From: Pseudomonadota bacterium
Lineage (GTDB): Bacteria > Pseudomonadota > Alphaproteobacteria > Rickettsiales > UBA1997
DNA: 64,000 nucleotides
Direction: 5' to 3'
Assembly (NCBI GenBank): GCA_018970485.1
Contig: JAGWWH010000005.1
Span: 1,403 to 65,402 of the forward strand
Shown here: piece after piece, positions 29,532 to 38,212 of the stretch
Layout of the letters: each line of letters starts with the position of its first letter
How positions within the stretch are numbered: the first letter of the stretch is position 1
Notes under the pieces: generated by a model
Seen by the model: the letters and a program-made list of their open reading frames with translations, nothing else
Told to the model about the DNA's origin: nothing
Database searches by the model: none
Position numbers and translations under genes: made by a program

Positions 29532-30631
29532 ATAGAATAAATTACTATCTCGCCAAAAATTTTCTGATCAGATTTTTGCAAATATTTTGCGGCTTCTCTT
29601 TGCTTATCTTCTTCATTAATTTCATGGAGACGATGAGTAAAATGAGTGAGGTAGACAGCCCTTTTTACATCAGTATTTTGCTAGCTTTTTTGCAGATTCC
29701 CGACTTCTTGAATGACGTCGTTTCTTCTTTGGTGCTGATCGCAACCATCGTCACCTTCTTCACACTTTCCTCTCGCAGCGAAGTAACCATCATCCGAATT
29801 AGTGGATTTTCTTTGTGGCAAATTGTTAAGCCCGTAGCTCTCACCTCATTCGCTCTTGGAATTTTTTGGATCACAATTTTTGACATATTATCGATCAAAA
29901 TGGGCAAAGAATTTCAACGCCTTGAAAGTAAATATTTGCAGAACGAATCGCGTGAAGCCTTGGTTTTAAAAGATGGAATTTGGCTCAAACAAGCCAACGT
30001 TGAAAATCCTGACGAAGAATTGGTTATTCTGTCACAAAAGTTTTATCGCGACGATTTAGAATTTAGCGACGTGACTGTTTGGTTTTTTAACAAACAGGGA
30101 GAATTTTATAAAAAAATTGATGCTAAAAAAGCCTTTCTAAAGAAAGGATCTTGGTCACTGGATGAGGTTACTACAAACGATCCAACAACACTCAATAACA
30201 AGCTAGATCACGTTTCCATCCCAACTGATTTGGAAGCAGATTTCGTAATAAAAAAAATCGTCAACAACCTACAGAGCGCGAAAATATTTTCTATTTTTGA
30301 ACTACCCGGTCTTATTCAAGATCTTGCTGAAGCCGGCTTCTCTCCAACAAAATTTAAAATCTACTTTCACTCACTACTCGCCAAACCTCTGCTATTCTCA
30401 GCCATGAGTCTGATCGCCTGTTATTTTAGCCTTAATCACATTCGTAATCAGAACACAGTTTTTCTGATAATTTGTGGCGTAGTTCTCGGACTGGTTCTCT
30501 ACATAACTTCAAGCATCATCAACGCTCTAGGCGCTTCGGGACTAATTCCAATCTTCGCTTCGACTTGGTTAATTGCCGTAATCTGCCTCTCTATCGGAAT
30601 TCTACTAATCTACCAAAAAGAAAGTTTTTAA
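29528..30631 (+). CDS. lptG: LPS export ABC permease LptG
   Basis: YjgP/YjgQ family; ATGA overlap with lptF. Confidence 0.85.
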   Translation: MNRINYYLAKNFLIRFLQIFCGFSLLIFFINFMETMSKMSEVDSPFYISILLAFLQIPDFLNDVVSSLVLIATIVTFFTLSSRSEVTIIRISGFSLWQIVKPVALTSFALGIFWITIFDILSIKMGKEFQRLESKYLQNESREALVLKDGIWLKQANVENPDEELVILSQKFYRDDLEFSDVTVWFFNKQGEFYKKIDAKKAFLKKGSWSLDEVTTNDPTTLNNKLDHVSIPTDLEADFVIKKIVNNLQSAKIFSIFELPGLIQDLAEAGFSPTKFKIYFHSLLAKPLLFSAMSLIACYFSLNHIRNQNTVFLIICGVVLGLVLYITSSIINALGASGLIPIFASTWLIAVICLSIGILLIYQKESF

Positions 30632-30732
30632 CTCTTCGCAGCGGGAGAGTTAAAAACTTGTTTTTGAGTTGAATTTTTTTTCCGAAAAACAACTCTCAAG
30701 ACCCTTCACTAATCATCAATATTTTCAAAAAT

Positions 30733-31350
30733 ATGAAAAATAGAATTCTTCTCGCCGCATCAATTTTGGCACTGGTTCTCTCTTCTGCATGCACAAAGAA
30801 AGATGACAAAAATATCAAAGCCAATAGCGGGGATTTAAAAGATTTACCAGCTTGGGTTCTTGATCCGGCCGTTCCAAACGGCGTTGCCGGAGTTGGTATT
30901 GCCAGCCCTTCAAAAGGCGGAATCAAATTCCAAATCCCAAAAGCTGAACTTGATGCTAAGGCAAATATTGCTGCGACAATTCAATCTGAAATCTCTCGCG
31001 TAACCAAAGATTCTATGCGCTCGGCAAACGTTAATGGCGCTGATGATGTTGAAGAATTTTTCGCGCAAGCAACCAAAGAAGTGGTAAAAAACCTGCCCCT
31101 TTCTGGTGTAAAAAGAATCAACATCTTCAAGTCCGAAGACGGAACTCTTTACGTTCACATGCTTCTTAGCAATGAAGACTACAGCAAGTTTTTGGCCGAC
31201 AGCCAAAAATCTTTTTCTGCGCAATTAGCTAAATCAAACATGGCTCGCGAAAATATCGATAAAACTCAAGAAGCCTCAAAAGAGCTTTTTTCTGAACTTG
31301 AAAAAGAAAGAGGAAACAAGGCTGAAACTAAAGAAAAAACCGCTCAATAA
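30733..31350 (+). CDS. LPP20-family lipoprotein
   Basis: Lipobox LSSAC. LPAWVLDP...VAGVGIA...AELDAKANIAATIQSEISRV matches the LPP20 pattern. Confidence 0.7.
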   Translation: MKNRILLAASILALVLSSACTKKDDKNIKANSGDLKDLPAWVLDPAVPNGVAGVGIASPSKGGIKFQIPKAELDAKANIAATIQSEISRVTKDSMRSANVNGADDVEEFFAQATKEVVKNLPLSGVKRINIFKSEDGTLYVHMLLSNEDYSKFLADSQKSFSAQLAKSNMARENIDKTQEASKELFSELEKERGNKAETKEKTAQ

Positions 31351-31511
31351 TGAAAAATTTAATCGCGATTTTTACCCTCATTTCACTCACCGCTTGCAGC
31401 AATTGGGCAAGCGATGAGGTGAAAGCTAGCGCTAAAGCTGGTGCCGCCTCAAGCCGCCTCAACGCTAGCGATAACAATAGCAAAGATGCATTTAAAGAAC
31501 TCGATGAATAA
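31350..31511 (+). CDS. Small (53 aa) putative lipoprotein
   Basis: Not in the ORF track (under 60 aa). My own translation is MKNLIAIFTLISLTACSNWASDEVKASAKAGAASSRLNASDNNSKDAFKELDE, with lipobox LTAC. TAATG overlap with the upstream gene and 8-nt overlap with the downstream gene. Confidence 0.5.
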   Translation: MKNLIAIFTLISLTACSNWASDEVKASAKAGAASSRLNASDNNSKDAFKELDE

Positions 31512-32466
31512 ATTTATTTTAGCGACAATTTTTTTTGTCGCCTCTTGCGCATCTAGCCCTCACAAATCTTCTGAGCCATCGTGGTATCTCTCTCCTAAGC
31601 AAAATAATTCTGAAAATCTTTACGGAATTTCAGTGGGGGCAAATTTAGAAGAAGCCACCAAATCAGCTTTGGTGGACGCTGCGGCACGTTTAATGGTAAG
31701 CATTTCTTCCGAATCAACTTCTACAATCGAAGAAGATTCTCGCGGCACCAACGAAGAAATGCGTCAGCAAGTTAGGCAAAATATAGAGAAAATCGACTTC
31801 ACCAATTTCCGCATTTCGCGCAGTGAAAAAGTTGGTCCAGAGCTTTTTGTTGAGATCGAAATAAAGCGCGATCCCTTCATTCGCGATCAAAAAGAAAAAA
31901 CCGAATTCTCCGAAAAACAAGTTTCTGATTTAGAGAAAAACTTAAGCGCATCAAACCCAGTTCAAAAACGCGCTTCACTACTAAAAATTCTTGATCTTGA
32001 AAAACAAATTGAGCTCTCAAGTCGCATTCTTGTTGGCTTAGGAGAAAATATTGATCTCAAAGAAAAATTGAGTCGTATCGCTTTTTTCAAAAACCAACTC
32101 AACCAACTCAGTGACAAAATTGAGTTTTATTTCGAGATAAATTCTTCAAAAGAAATCGCTCAAACCATTCGCACCGCTCTCAATAAGGAAAAAATCAAAG
32201 TCTCCAATTCCCGCGGCGGAACCAATCAAATCACGATCTCAATAAAATCTTCTTCGCGCAGTAGTGAAATTTACGGCGCGCATATCACAAAATTACAAAT
32301 CGATTTCGCAAATATTTCTGCCGGAAAAACCGTTGCAAGCAACACGCTTGAAGTAACTGGCAGCTCAACAATCAGCGAAAAAGAATCTTACGCCGCAGCC
32401 ATAAAATCACTCGAAGAAGAAATTTCTGCCGAAGGAATTTTGAAGGTAATCGGCATCGTTAACTAA
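31504..32466 (+). CDS. Lipoprotein with N-terminal LPP20-like domain
   Basis: Start set to MNKFILATIFFVASC (lipobox). PSWYLSP...LYGISVGANLEEATKSALVDAAARL resembles LPP20. Confidence 0.6.
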   Translation: MNKFILATIFFVASCASSPHKSSEPSWYLSPKQNNSENLYGISVGANLEEATKSALVDAAARLMVSISSESTSTIEEDSRGTNEEMRQQVRQNIEKIDFTNFRISRSEKVGPELFVEIEIKRDPFIRDQKEKTEFSEKQVSDLEKNLSASNPVQKRASLLKILDLEKQIELSSRILVGLGENIDLKEKLSRIAFFKNQLNQLSDKIEFYFEINSSKEIAQTIRTALNKEKIKVSNSRGGTNQITISIKSSSRSSEIYGAHITKLQIDFANISAGKTVASNTLEVTGSSTISEKESYAAAIKSLEEEISAEGILKVIGIVN

Positions 32467-32475
32467 ATTCCGGTC

Positions 32476-33528
32476 ATGAAACTAAAGCATCTTACACTAC
32501 TACTACTCCTAAGCTCCTGCTCAACGACCATCAGAAATTTTGATGAATATCAAAAACAATTTTTGAGCAAAAGTAAGTTCATGCCGAACAAAGAAAATCT
32601 CGAAGGTAAGGCTCCAAAAATCGTAGTTTTTGCTCTTGAGCAAAATAGCAATGAGATCGCAACTCAAACCGGACTTGGCGACTCTCTTGCCAACAATGTT
32701 GAAAATGTTTTAAGCAAAAACCGCCTCGGTGAAATCGTCGATCGCAAGGCTGCAGCAAAATTACAAAAAGAAATCCAACTTTCTGAAATGAAAAAAACTG
32801 GATCTTACAAAGGTCCGATTGTCGCTGATTACGCGATCTCCGGCGCGATTTCTAACGCAGGATTTACCAGCAAATATTCCAGCGGATCAACTTTCTACAA
32901 TCCGCAAAGCCGCCAAATGGTTTCGATTCCACCAAAATATACTTACTCCGCTGACGTTGCCGGAAATCTCAAAGTCTACGAACTTCCTTCGCTCTCCGTC
33001 GTTGAATCAATCGAGTTCTCCGCGAAAAAATCTCGCTCCGAAGCTACGCAACAAGAAGGCGGAGTGTCCTTGGGTGGATTGCAAATCGGTGGTAAAAAAG
33101 TTGAAGGCGCGAAACGCGATGACAGCTTGGTACGCAAGGCGGGAGAAGATGCGATAAACGATATCGAGATCGACGTAAAAAACTTTTTTGCCAAAAAAGG
33201 CTACATTCTTGAGAAGCGAGTTTTGGACAATAAATCAATTTTCAAAATCTCTCTCGGCTCTGCTGACGGCATTAAGCAAAATGATAAATTTGAAGTGATT
33301 GGTCAGTATGAATCTGAAAATGCGATTACTAACGAGATAGAGGTTGAGCGCCGCATTATTGCGACTGGATCTGTTTCTGATTTGATTGATCCAAAAACCG
33401 CTTGGGTAGTAATTGATGACGCTAAAAAAGCCGAAACACTGCGCCTCGGAGATGCAGTAAAAATGAAATACAAAAAGAGCAAATTTGCTGGAGTTGCGAA
33501 ATTAGCAACATCGGTGCTAGAGCAATAA
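32476..33528 (+). CDS. CsgG/LpoB/FlgP-like outer-membrane lipoprotein
   Basis: Lipobox LSSC. KIVVFALEQNSNE..GLGDSLANNVENVLSKNRLGEIVDRK..LQKEIQL...ADYAISGAIS resembles the CsgG-family N-terminal half. Confidence 0.5.
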   Translation: MKLKHLTLLLLLSSCSTTIRNFDEYQKQFLSKSKFMPNKENLEGKAPKIVVFALEQNSNEIATQTGLGDSLANNVENVLSKNRLGEIVDRKAAAKLQKEIQLSEMKKTGSYKGPIVADYAISGAISNAGFTSKYSSGSTFYNPQSRQMVSIPPKYTYSADVAGNLKVYELPSLSVVESIEFSAKKSRSEATQQEGGVSLGGLQIGGKKVEGAKRDDSLVRKAGEDAINDIEIDVKNFFAKKGYILEKRVLDNKSIFKISLGSADGIKQNDKFEVIGQYESENAITNEIEVERRIIATGSVSDLIDPKTAWVVIDDAKKAETLRLGDAVKMKYKKSKFAGVAKLATSVLEQ

Positions 33529-33531
33529 ACT

Positions 33532-33732
33532 CTAGCCTCCGCCGATAAAATGAACGATCTCGATTCGGCTTCCTTCATCAATTAGAACCGCTGAAAAATC
33601 ACTCGGATTCACGATTTCTAAATCCTTTTCGACCGCAATTTTTTTTACGTCGAGCTCAAGCTGCGCGACCAGTTCCGCCACGGTAATTTTTCCTGAGAGA
33701 ATTTTTTCTTCGCCGTTAAGTAAGATTTTCAC
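33532..33732 (-). CDS. thiS: ThiS/MoaD-type ubiquitin-like sulfur carrier protein
   Basis: 66 aa ending ...IEIVHFIGGG. GTG start overlaps the yajQ stop by 1 nt. Confidence 0.75.
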   Translation of the reverse strand: MKILLNGEEKILSGKITVAELVAQLELDVKKIAVEKDLEIVNPSDFSAVLIDEGSRIEIVHFIGGG

Positions 33733-34223
33733 TAATCGCGAAAGTTAATGAATTGTAGAGGAATCTCAAAGTTAGCAGAGCGCAGTAAAGCCATCGCCTC
33801 TTGCAAATCGTCACGTTTTTTACCATCAACTCGCACCTCGTCACCCTTGATCGAAGCCTGAACTTTCATCTTTGTATCCTTCACATGCTTAACGATTTTC
33901 TTGGCGATTTCTTGTTCGATTCCGTTACGCAATTTCACTTCTTGACGCATCATATTTCCGCCCGCTTTTTCTTCTTTCTGAAAATCAAAAGCTCGCGCAT
34001 CCACGCCACGCTTGGTTGCAAAAACCTTCATCGAATCACGAATTGATTCGAGGCGATATTCACTATCCGCAGTAAGTAGAATCAGATTGTCTTTTTCTTT
34101 AACCTCCAAAGAGAAGGTCGCGCCTTTGAAATCATAGCGATTGCCGATCTCACGCCTCACAGAATTGATCGCATTGTCGATTTCTTGCATGTTGATTTTG
34201 GAGACGATGTCGAAGCTAGGCAT
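33732..34223 (-). CDS. yajQ: YajQ-family (DUF520) nucleotide-binding protein
   Basis: MPSFDIVSKINMQEIDNAINSVRREIGNRYDFKG is the canonical YajQ N-terminus. Confidence 0.85.
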   Translation of the reverse strand: MPSFDIVSKINMQEIDNAINSVRREIGNRYDFKGATFSLEVKEKDNLILLTADSEYRLESIRDSMKVFATKRGVDARAFDFQKEEKAGGNMMRQEVKLRNGIEQEIAKKIVKHVKDTKMKVQASIKGDEVRVDGKKRDDLQEAMALLRSANFEIPLQFINFRD

Positions 34224-35415
34224 AAAGAGATTTTTTTAAGTCGTTGATAAGATCGTCAACATGCTCAAGCCCTACGGACAAGCGACACATTGACTCGGTA
34301 ATTCCTATTTTTTCCTGTTCTTCACGCGAAATATTCGAGTGAGTTGTGGTTGCGGGATGAGTGATGAGTGATTTTGCATCGCCAAGATTGTTAGAAATAT
34401 CAATCAGCTGTAGGCGATTCATGAAGCTGAATGTATCTTTTTTGCTTCCGTCAATTTCAAAAGCAAGCATCGTGCCGCCGCCATTCATCTGCTTTTGCGC
34501 CACTTCAAATTGTGGATGAGATTTTAAAGTTGGATAAAGCACGCGCTTAATTTTTTTGTGTGGCTCCAAAAATTCAGCGATTTTTTTTGCATTTTCGCAG
34601 TGACGCTCCATGCGCAGAGAAAATGTCTCGAGCGATTTTAAAATTATCCAAGCATTAAAAGGACTTAATGCCGGCCCGGTATGGCGATGAAATGGCAGTA
34701 AAGTTTCTTTGATAAATTTTTCACTTCCAAGCACGCATCCGCCCAAGCTGCGACCTTGTCCGTCCATGTGTTTAGTTGTTGAATAAACCACAATATCCGC
34801 GCCCAGTTCGAAAGGTTTTTGGCAGTAAGGTGAGGCAAAAATATTGTCGACGATCAGCTGCGCGTCATTTCTTTTGCAGAGTTCGGCAACAAATTTGATA
34901 TCGATAATTTGTAAATTTGGATTGGCGGGAGTTTCGATAAAAACGACTTTGGTATTTTTCTTAAAAGCCCGACTCCACTCGTCTTCACTCGTTCCATCAA
35001 CTAGACTGACTTCGATTCCGTAGTTCGGTAAAATTTTTGTGGCGATGTGAAAGCAAGATCCAAACAAAACTTTCGAAGCGATAAAATGATCTCCGGATTT
35101 TAGCTGACACATGATCGCAGCAAAAACCGCAGCCATGCCAGAAGCCATGACACAAGAGGCTTCAGCGCCTTCGAGTAATGCGAGCTTATCTTCCAGCATC
35201 TTCAAAGTTGGATTCAAATAACGCGAATAAACATAACCGGGAGCCTCTCCGTTAAAGCGACTTTCCGCCACTTCAGCTGAGTTGTAAGCGAAGCCAGAAT
35301 TCATAAAAATCGCTTCCGAAGTTTCGCCAAAATCAGAACGAATGGTTCCTCCACGCACCATCTGCGTTTCGAGGTGAAGATTTTTGAAATCGAGATTTTT
35401 GTTTTTGTAAGTCAT
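34216..35415 (-). CDS. metZ: O-succinylhomoserine sulfhydrylase / Cys-Met-metabolism PLP enzyme
   Basis: Cys/Met PLP family blocks (YSRYLNPT, VVYSTTKHMDGQG). The start is taken at MTYKNKNLDF, since the track ORF has 18 extra residues. Confidence 0.85.
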   Translation of the reverse strand: MTYKNKNLDFKNLHLETQMVRGGTIRSDFGETSEAIFMNSGFAYNSAEVAESRFNGEAPGYVYSRYLNPTLKMLEDKLALLEGAEASCVMASGMAAVFAAIMCQLKSGDHFIASKVLFGSCFHIATKILPNYGIEVSLVDGTSEDEWSRAFKKNTKVVFIETPANPNLQIIDIKFVAELCKRNDAQLIVDNIFASPYCQKPFELGADIVVYSTTKHMDGQGRSLGGCVLGSEKFIKETLLPFHRHTGPALSPFNAWIILKSLETFSLRMERHCENAKKIAEFLEPHKKIKRVLYPTLKSHPQFEVAQKQMNGGGTMLAFEIDGSKKDTFSFMNRLQLIDISNNLGDAKSLITHPATTTHSNISREEQEKIGITESMCRLSVGLEHVDDLINDLKKSLYA

Positions 35416-35533
35416 GTTTGAATTAAATTCGTAAAGTGGTTTTGAGCTTGTCCCTACTTGGTTTAGCAAGATTAAGGGTTCAAAATATTTGACATTTCTT
35501 AAGCCCCCAATAGGTTGCGCCGCCTTGTTTGAT

Positions 35534-35610
35534 GGGTCTGTAGCTCAGTTGGTTAGAGTGCGCGCCTGATAAGTGCGAGGTCGGAGGTTCAAGTCCTCCC
35601 AGACCCACCA
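35534..35610 (+). tRNA. tRNA-Ile(GAT)
   Basis: GGGTCTGTAGCTCAGTTGGTTAGAGTGCGCGCCTGATAAGTGCGAGGTCGGAGGTTCAAGTCCTCCCAGACCCACCA, with anticodon loop CTGATAA. Confidence 0.9.
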
Positions 35611-35619
35611 TCAAACAAG

Positions 35620-37383
35620 TCAGATTTTTTTTAAGATTTCCCCAAAAAGTTGTGCTGGTAGAGATCCTCCGGTGATCTTAGGTGTCGCTGAATTATCATC
35701 ATTTCCGATCCAAACTCCGATTACGTAATCACTGTTGAATCCCAAAAACCAAGCATCACGAAAGTTTTGGCTCGTTCCAGTTTTTCCAAAAACGTCATCT
35801 CCCACATTAGCATTTTTCCCAGTTCCGCTCTCGACCACTGCGCGTAAAAGTTTTCTGATTTCTGCGATCGAATTTTCTGAAGCAACAGCTCCGAGACCAG
35901 AAGAATCATACTTGTACAGCTCTTGACCTTCGCCATTTTTAATCTCAGTAATCGAATTAGGAATTATCGCATTACCTCCTGAAGCCACGGTTGCGTAGGC
36001 CCCAGTCAGTTCTAGTAAAGTCACTTCCGTGGTGCCAAGAGCGATCGTTGGATCACTTTTATCGATTTTCGAAATAATGCCGCACTTACGTGCCATTGAT
36101 GCCACGGCACTTCCCCCAACATCTCGCGCTAGCTGAATCGCCACAGAATTTAGTGATTCAGCAAAGGCTTTTTGCAGAGTTACTTTGCCTAAGAATTTAC
36201 TGTTGTAGTTGTCTGGTAACCAAGTTCCGACGTTGATTTTCCTGTCTTCAGCCTCGTCTTCGGATTTCCATCCCTTCTCAAAAGCAGCCAAATAAACGAA
36301 TGTTTTAAAAGCCGATCCTGCCTGTCTTTTTGCGTAAACCGCACGATTAAACTGACTTTGTTGATGGTCTTTCCCGCCAGACATAGCAAGCACTGCACCA
36401 CTTTTATTCATCACCACAACAGCAACTTCTGACTTACCAAGTTTATTAGAATTTTTTTCAGTAAACTTGTTTAGAACCTCTTCCAGCGCGGTCTGGACGG
36501 ACTCGTCTAAGGTGGTATTAACGGAAATCATTTTTCCTTTCGCTTCTTTTTTTCCTAAAAAATCTGGCAGCTGATCATAGACGAAGTCAGCAAAATAGAG
36601 CCTTTGGCCATGATCGGTGATGTAGTGCGGATCTTGATCTAGCTCTGAAAGATTTTTCTCATCCAAAAATCCAGCGGCAATCATCGCGCGCAAAACCACG
36701 CTGGTTCTGTTCTCAGCCAGTTCGCGATTATTTTTTGGCGAAAGTTTTGACGGTGCTTTTAACAACCCTGCAAGCAGCGCCGACTCTCTCAGGCTAAGCT
36801 GCGAGACATCTTTACCAAAATAACTTTTCGCCGCATTCCCAACGCCGTGATTACCGGCGCCGAAATAAGCGCGATTGAGGTAAAAGGTTAAAATTTGCTC
36901 TTTGGTAAATCGCCTCTCCAACTGCAAAGCAAGCAGCACTTCTTGGATTTTTCTTTTGAAAGTTCGATCCGAGCTAAGGAATAAAAGTTTAGCTAGTTGC
37001 TGTGTAACCGTGCTGCCGCCTTGCACGATTCGACCCGCTTTTTTATTGGCTGCGTAAGCCCTGATCACCCCAAAAACATCGACGCCGTGATGCGAAAAAA
37101 AACGCCGATCTTCAGTCGCAACGACCGCATTAATTAAGTGTCTCGGCAGCTCGTAGTAACTAACTTCACTGGCGTAAATCTCGCTGCGATTAGTGAGGCG
37201 ATTGCCATTTGCGTAGTTGATTTGCACAATTTGTTTGCCGCTTTCTTTCTCCAAATCATCCAAACTCGGCAGACCTTGGAAGTAGTAAAACAAAGCCACC
37301 GCGCCGATAATCGCCAGCCAGATCGAGAACAAAAATATGAGCTTAAGCAACAACTTCATTAAGATGAAAAAATACGTTTTCAA
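35620..37383 (-). CDS. mrcA: Bifunctional penicillin-binding protein 1A (transglycosylase/transpeptidase)
   Basis: GT51 motifs EDRRFFSHHGVD, GGSTVTQQLAK, RKIQEVLLALQLE. Transpeptidase motifs SAFK, SLN, KTGTS. Confidence 0.9.
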   Translation of the reverse strand: MKTYFFILMKLLLKLIFLFSIWLAIIGAVALFYYFQGLPSLDDLEKESGKQIVQINYANGNRLTNRSEIYASEVSYYELPRHLINAVVATEDRRFFSHHGVDVFGVIRAYAANKKAGRIVQGGSTVTQQLAKLLFLSSDRTFKRKIQEVLLALQLERRFTKEQILTFYLNRAYFGAGNHGVGNAAKSYFGKDVSQLSLRESALLAGLLKAPSKLSPKNNRELAENRTSVVLRAMIAAGFLDEKNLSELDQDPHYITDHGQRLYFADFVYDQLPDFLGKKEAKGKMISVNTTLDESVQTALEEVLNKFTEKNSNKLGKSEVAVVVMNKSGAVLAMSGGKDHQQSQFNRAVYAKRQAGSAFKTFVYLAAFEKGWKSEDEAEDRKINVGTWLPDNYNSKFLGKVTLQKAFAESLNSVAIQLARDVGGSAVASMARKCGIISKIDKSDPTIALGTTEVTLLELTGAYATVASGGNAIIPNSITEIKNGEGQELYKYDSSGLGAVASENSIAEIRKLLRAVVESGTGKNANVGDDVFGKTGTSQNFRDAWFLGFNSDYVIGVWIGNDDNSATPKITGGSLPAQLFGEILKKI

Positions 37384-38212
37384 AAATCAAAATCTTGTCG
37401 AAGAGAAAAAAGCCACGATTTCGATTCGTGAGCGCGGCTTTCTTTTTGGCGACGGAATTTTTGAAACTTGCAAAATTATTAACGGCAAGATTTTCGATTT
37501 TGATCTTCACGAAGCAAGGATTCATCGGGCTTTGAAGCTACTTAAATTTTCTGCAGAAATTTCAGATCTCGAAAAAAAATCTTACCAACTGATCAAAAAA
37601 AATTCGGCAGAAAACGGAATTTTACGCATTTCGATTAGTCGTGGAATTGGCAGTGTGGGATATTTACCAACTCACGAAAGTGCTGCTCTCGTCATCATTG
37701 AAACTTTTTTGGACAGAAAGTTGCCGAAAAAAATTCGTCTAGAAATTTCGAAAATCACCACACCAGGAATAGCCTTCAAGCCAATGTCCGCAATGGCTTA
37801 CGTCTTGGCGAAAATTGCAGCAGAGGAACAAAAATCTTTTGATGTGGTGATGTTTTCTGACAAAAATTTTGTCGCCGAAACGTCCTCGGCAAATATTTTT
37901 TGGGTGAAAGATGGAAAGGTTTACACGCCGCACGAAAGCTGCGGAATCGTGCTTGGATGCGTGAGAGAGAGATTATTAAAAATGCCGGAATTCAAGATCA
38001 AAAAAGCAAAAGCAAAAATTTCTGCGCTGAAAAATGCCGACGAAATTTTTCTCACAAATTCAGCTTATTTGGTAATTTCAGTGGATGAGTTTTTGGGTCG
38101 AAAACTAAAAAAAAACGTTGGAAGAAAAATCTCAGTTGCTCTGAAAACCCAACAGCCCATTGATTTCATTGCCATCCAAAAGTCGCCGCCGCGGCGACTT
38201 TTCAAAAATTAA
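37364..38212 (+). CDS. Class IV aminotransferase family (aminodeoxychorismate lyase or D-amino-acid/branched-chain aminotransferase-like)
   Basis: RGFLFGDGIFET, and an ETSSANIFWVKDGKVYTP block typical of fold-type IV PLP enzymes. The start is uncertain (37337 or 37364). Confidence 0.7.
   Translation: MKKYVFKNQNLVEEKKATISIRERGFLFGDGIFETCKIINGKIFDFDLHEARIHRALKLLKFSAEISDLEKKSYQLIKKNSAENGILRISISRGIGSVGYLPTHESAALVIIETFLDRKLPKKIRLEISKITTPGIAFKPMSAMAYVLAKIAAEEQKSFDVVMFSDKNFVAETSSANIFWVKDGKVYTPHESCGIVLGCVRERLLKMPEFKIKKAKAKISALKNADEIFLTNSAYLVISVDEFLGRKLKKNVGRKISVALKTQQPIDFIAIQKSPPRRLFKN
38178..38202. terminator. Bidirectional rho-independent terminator at the convergent junction of the class IV aminotransferase and lpxD
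   Basis: aaaagtcgccg-ccg-cggcgactttt is a perfect 11-bp stem flanked by A/T runs. It lies just downstream of the lpxD stop and inside the last codons of the plus-strand ORF. Confidence 0.6.
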
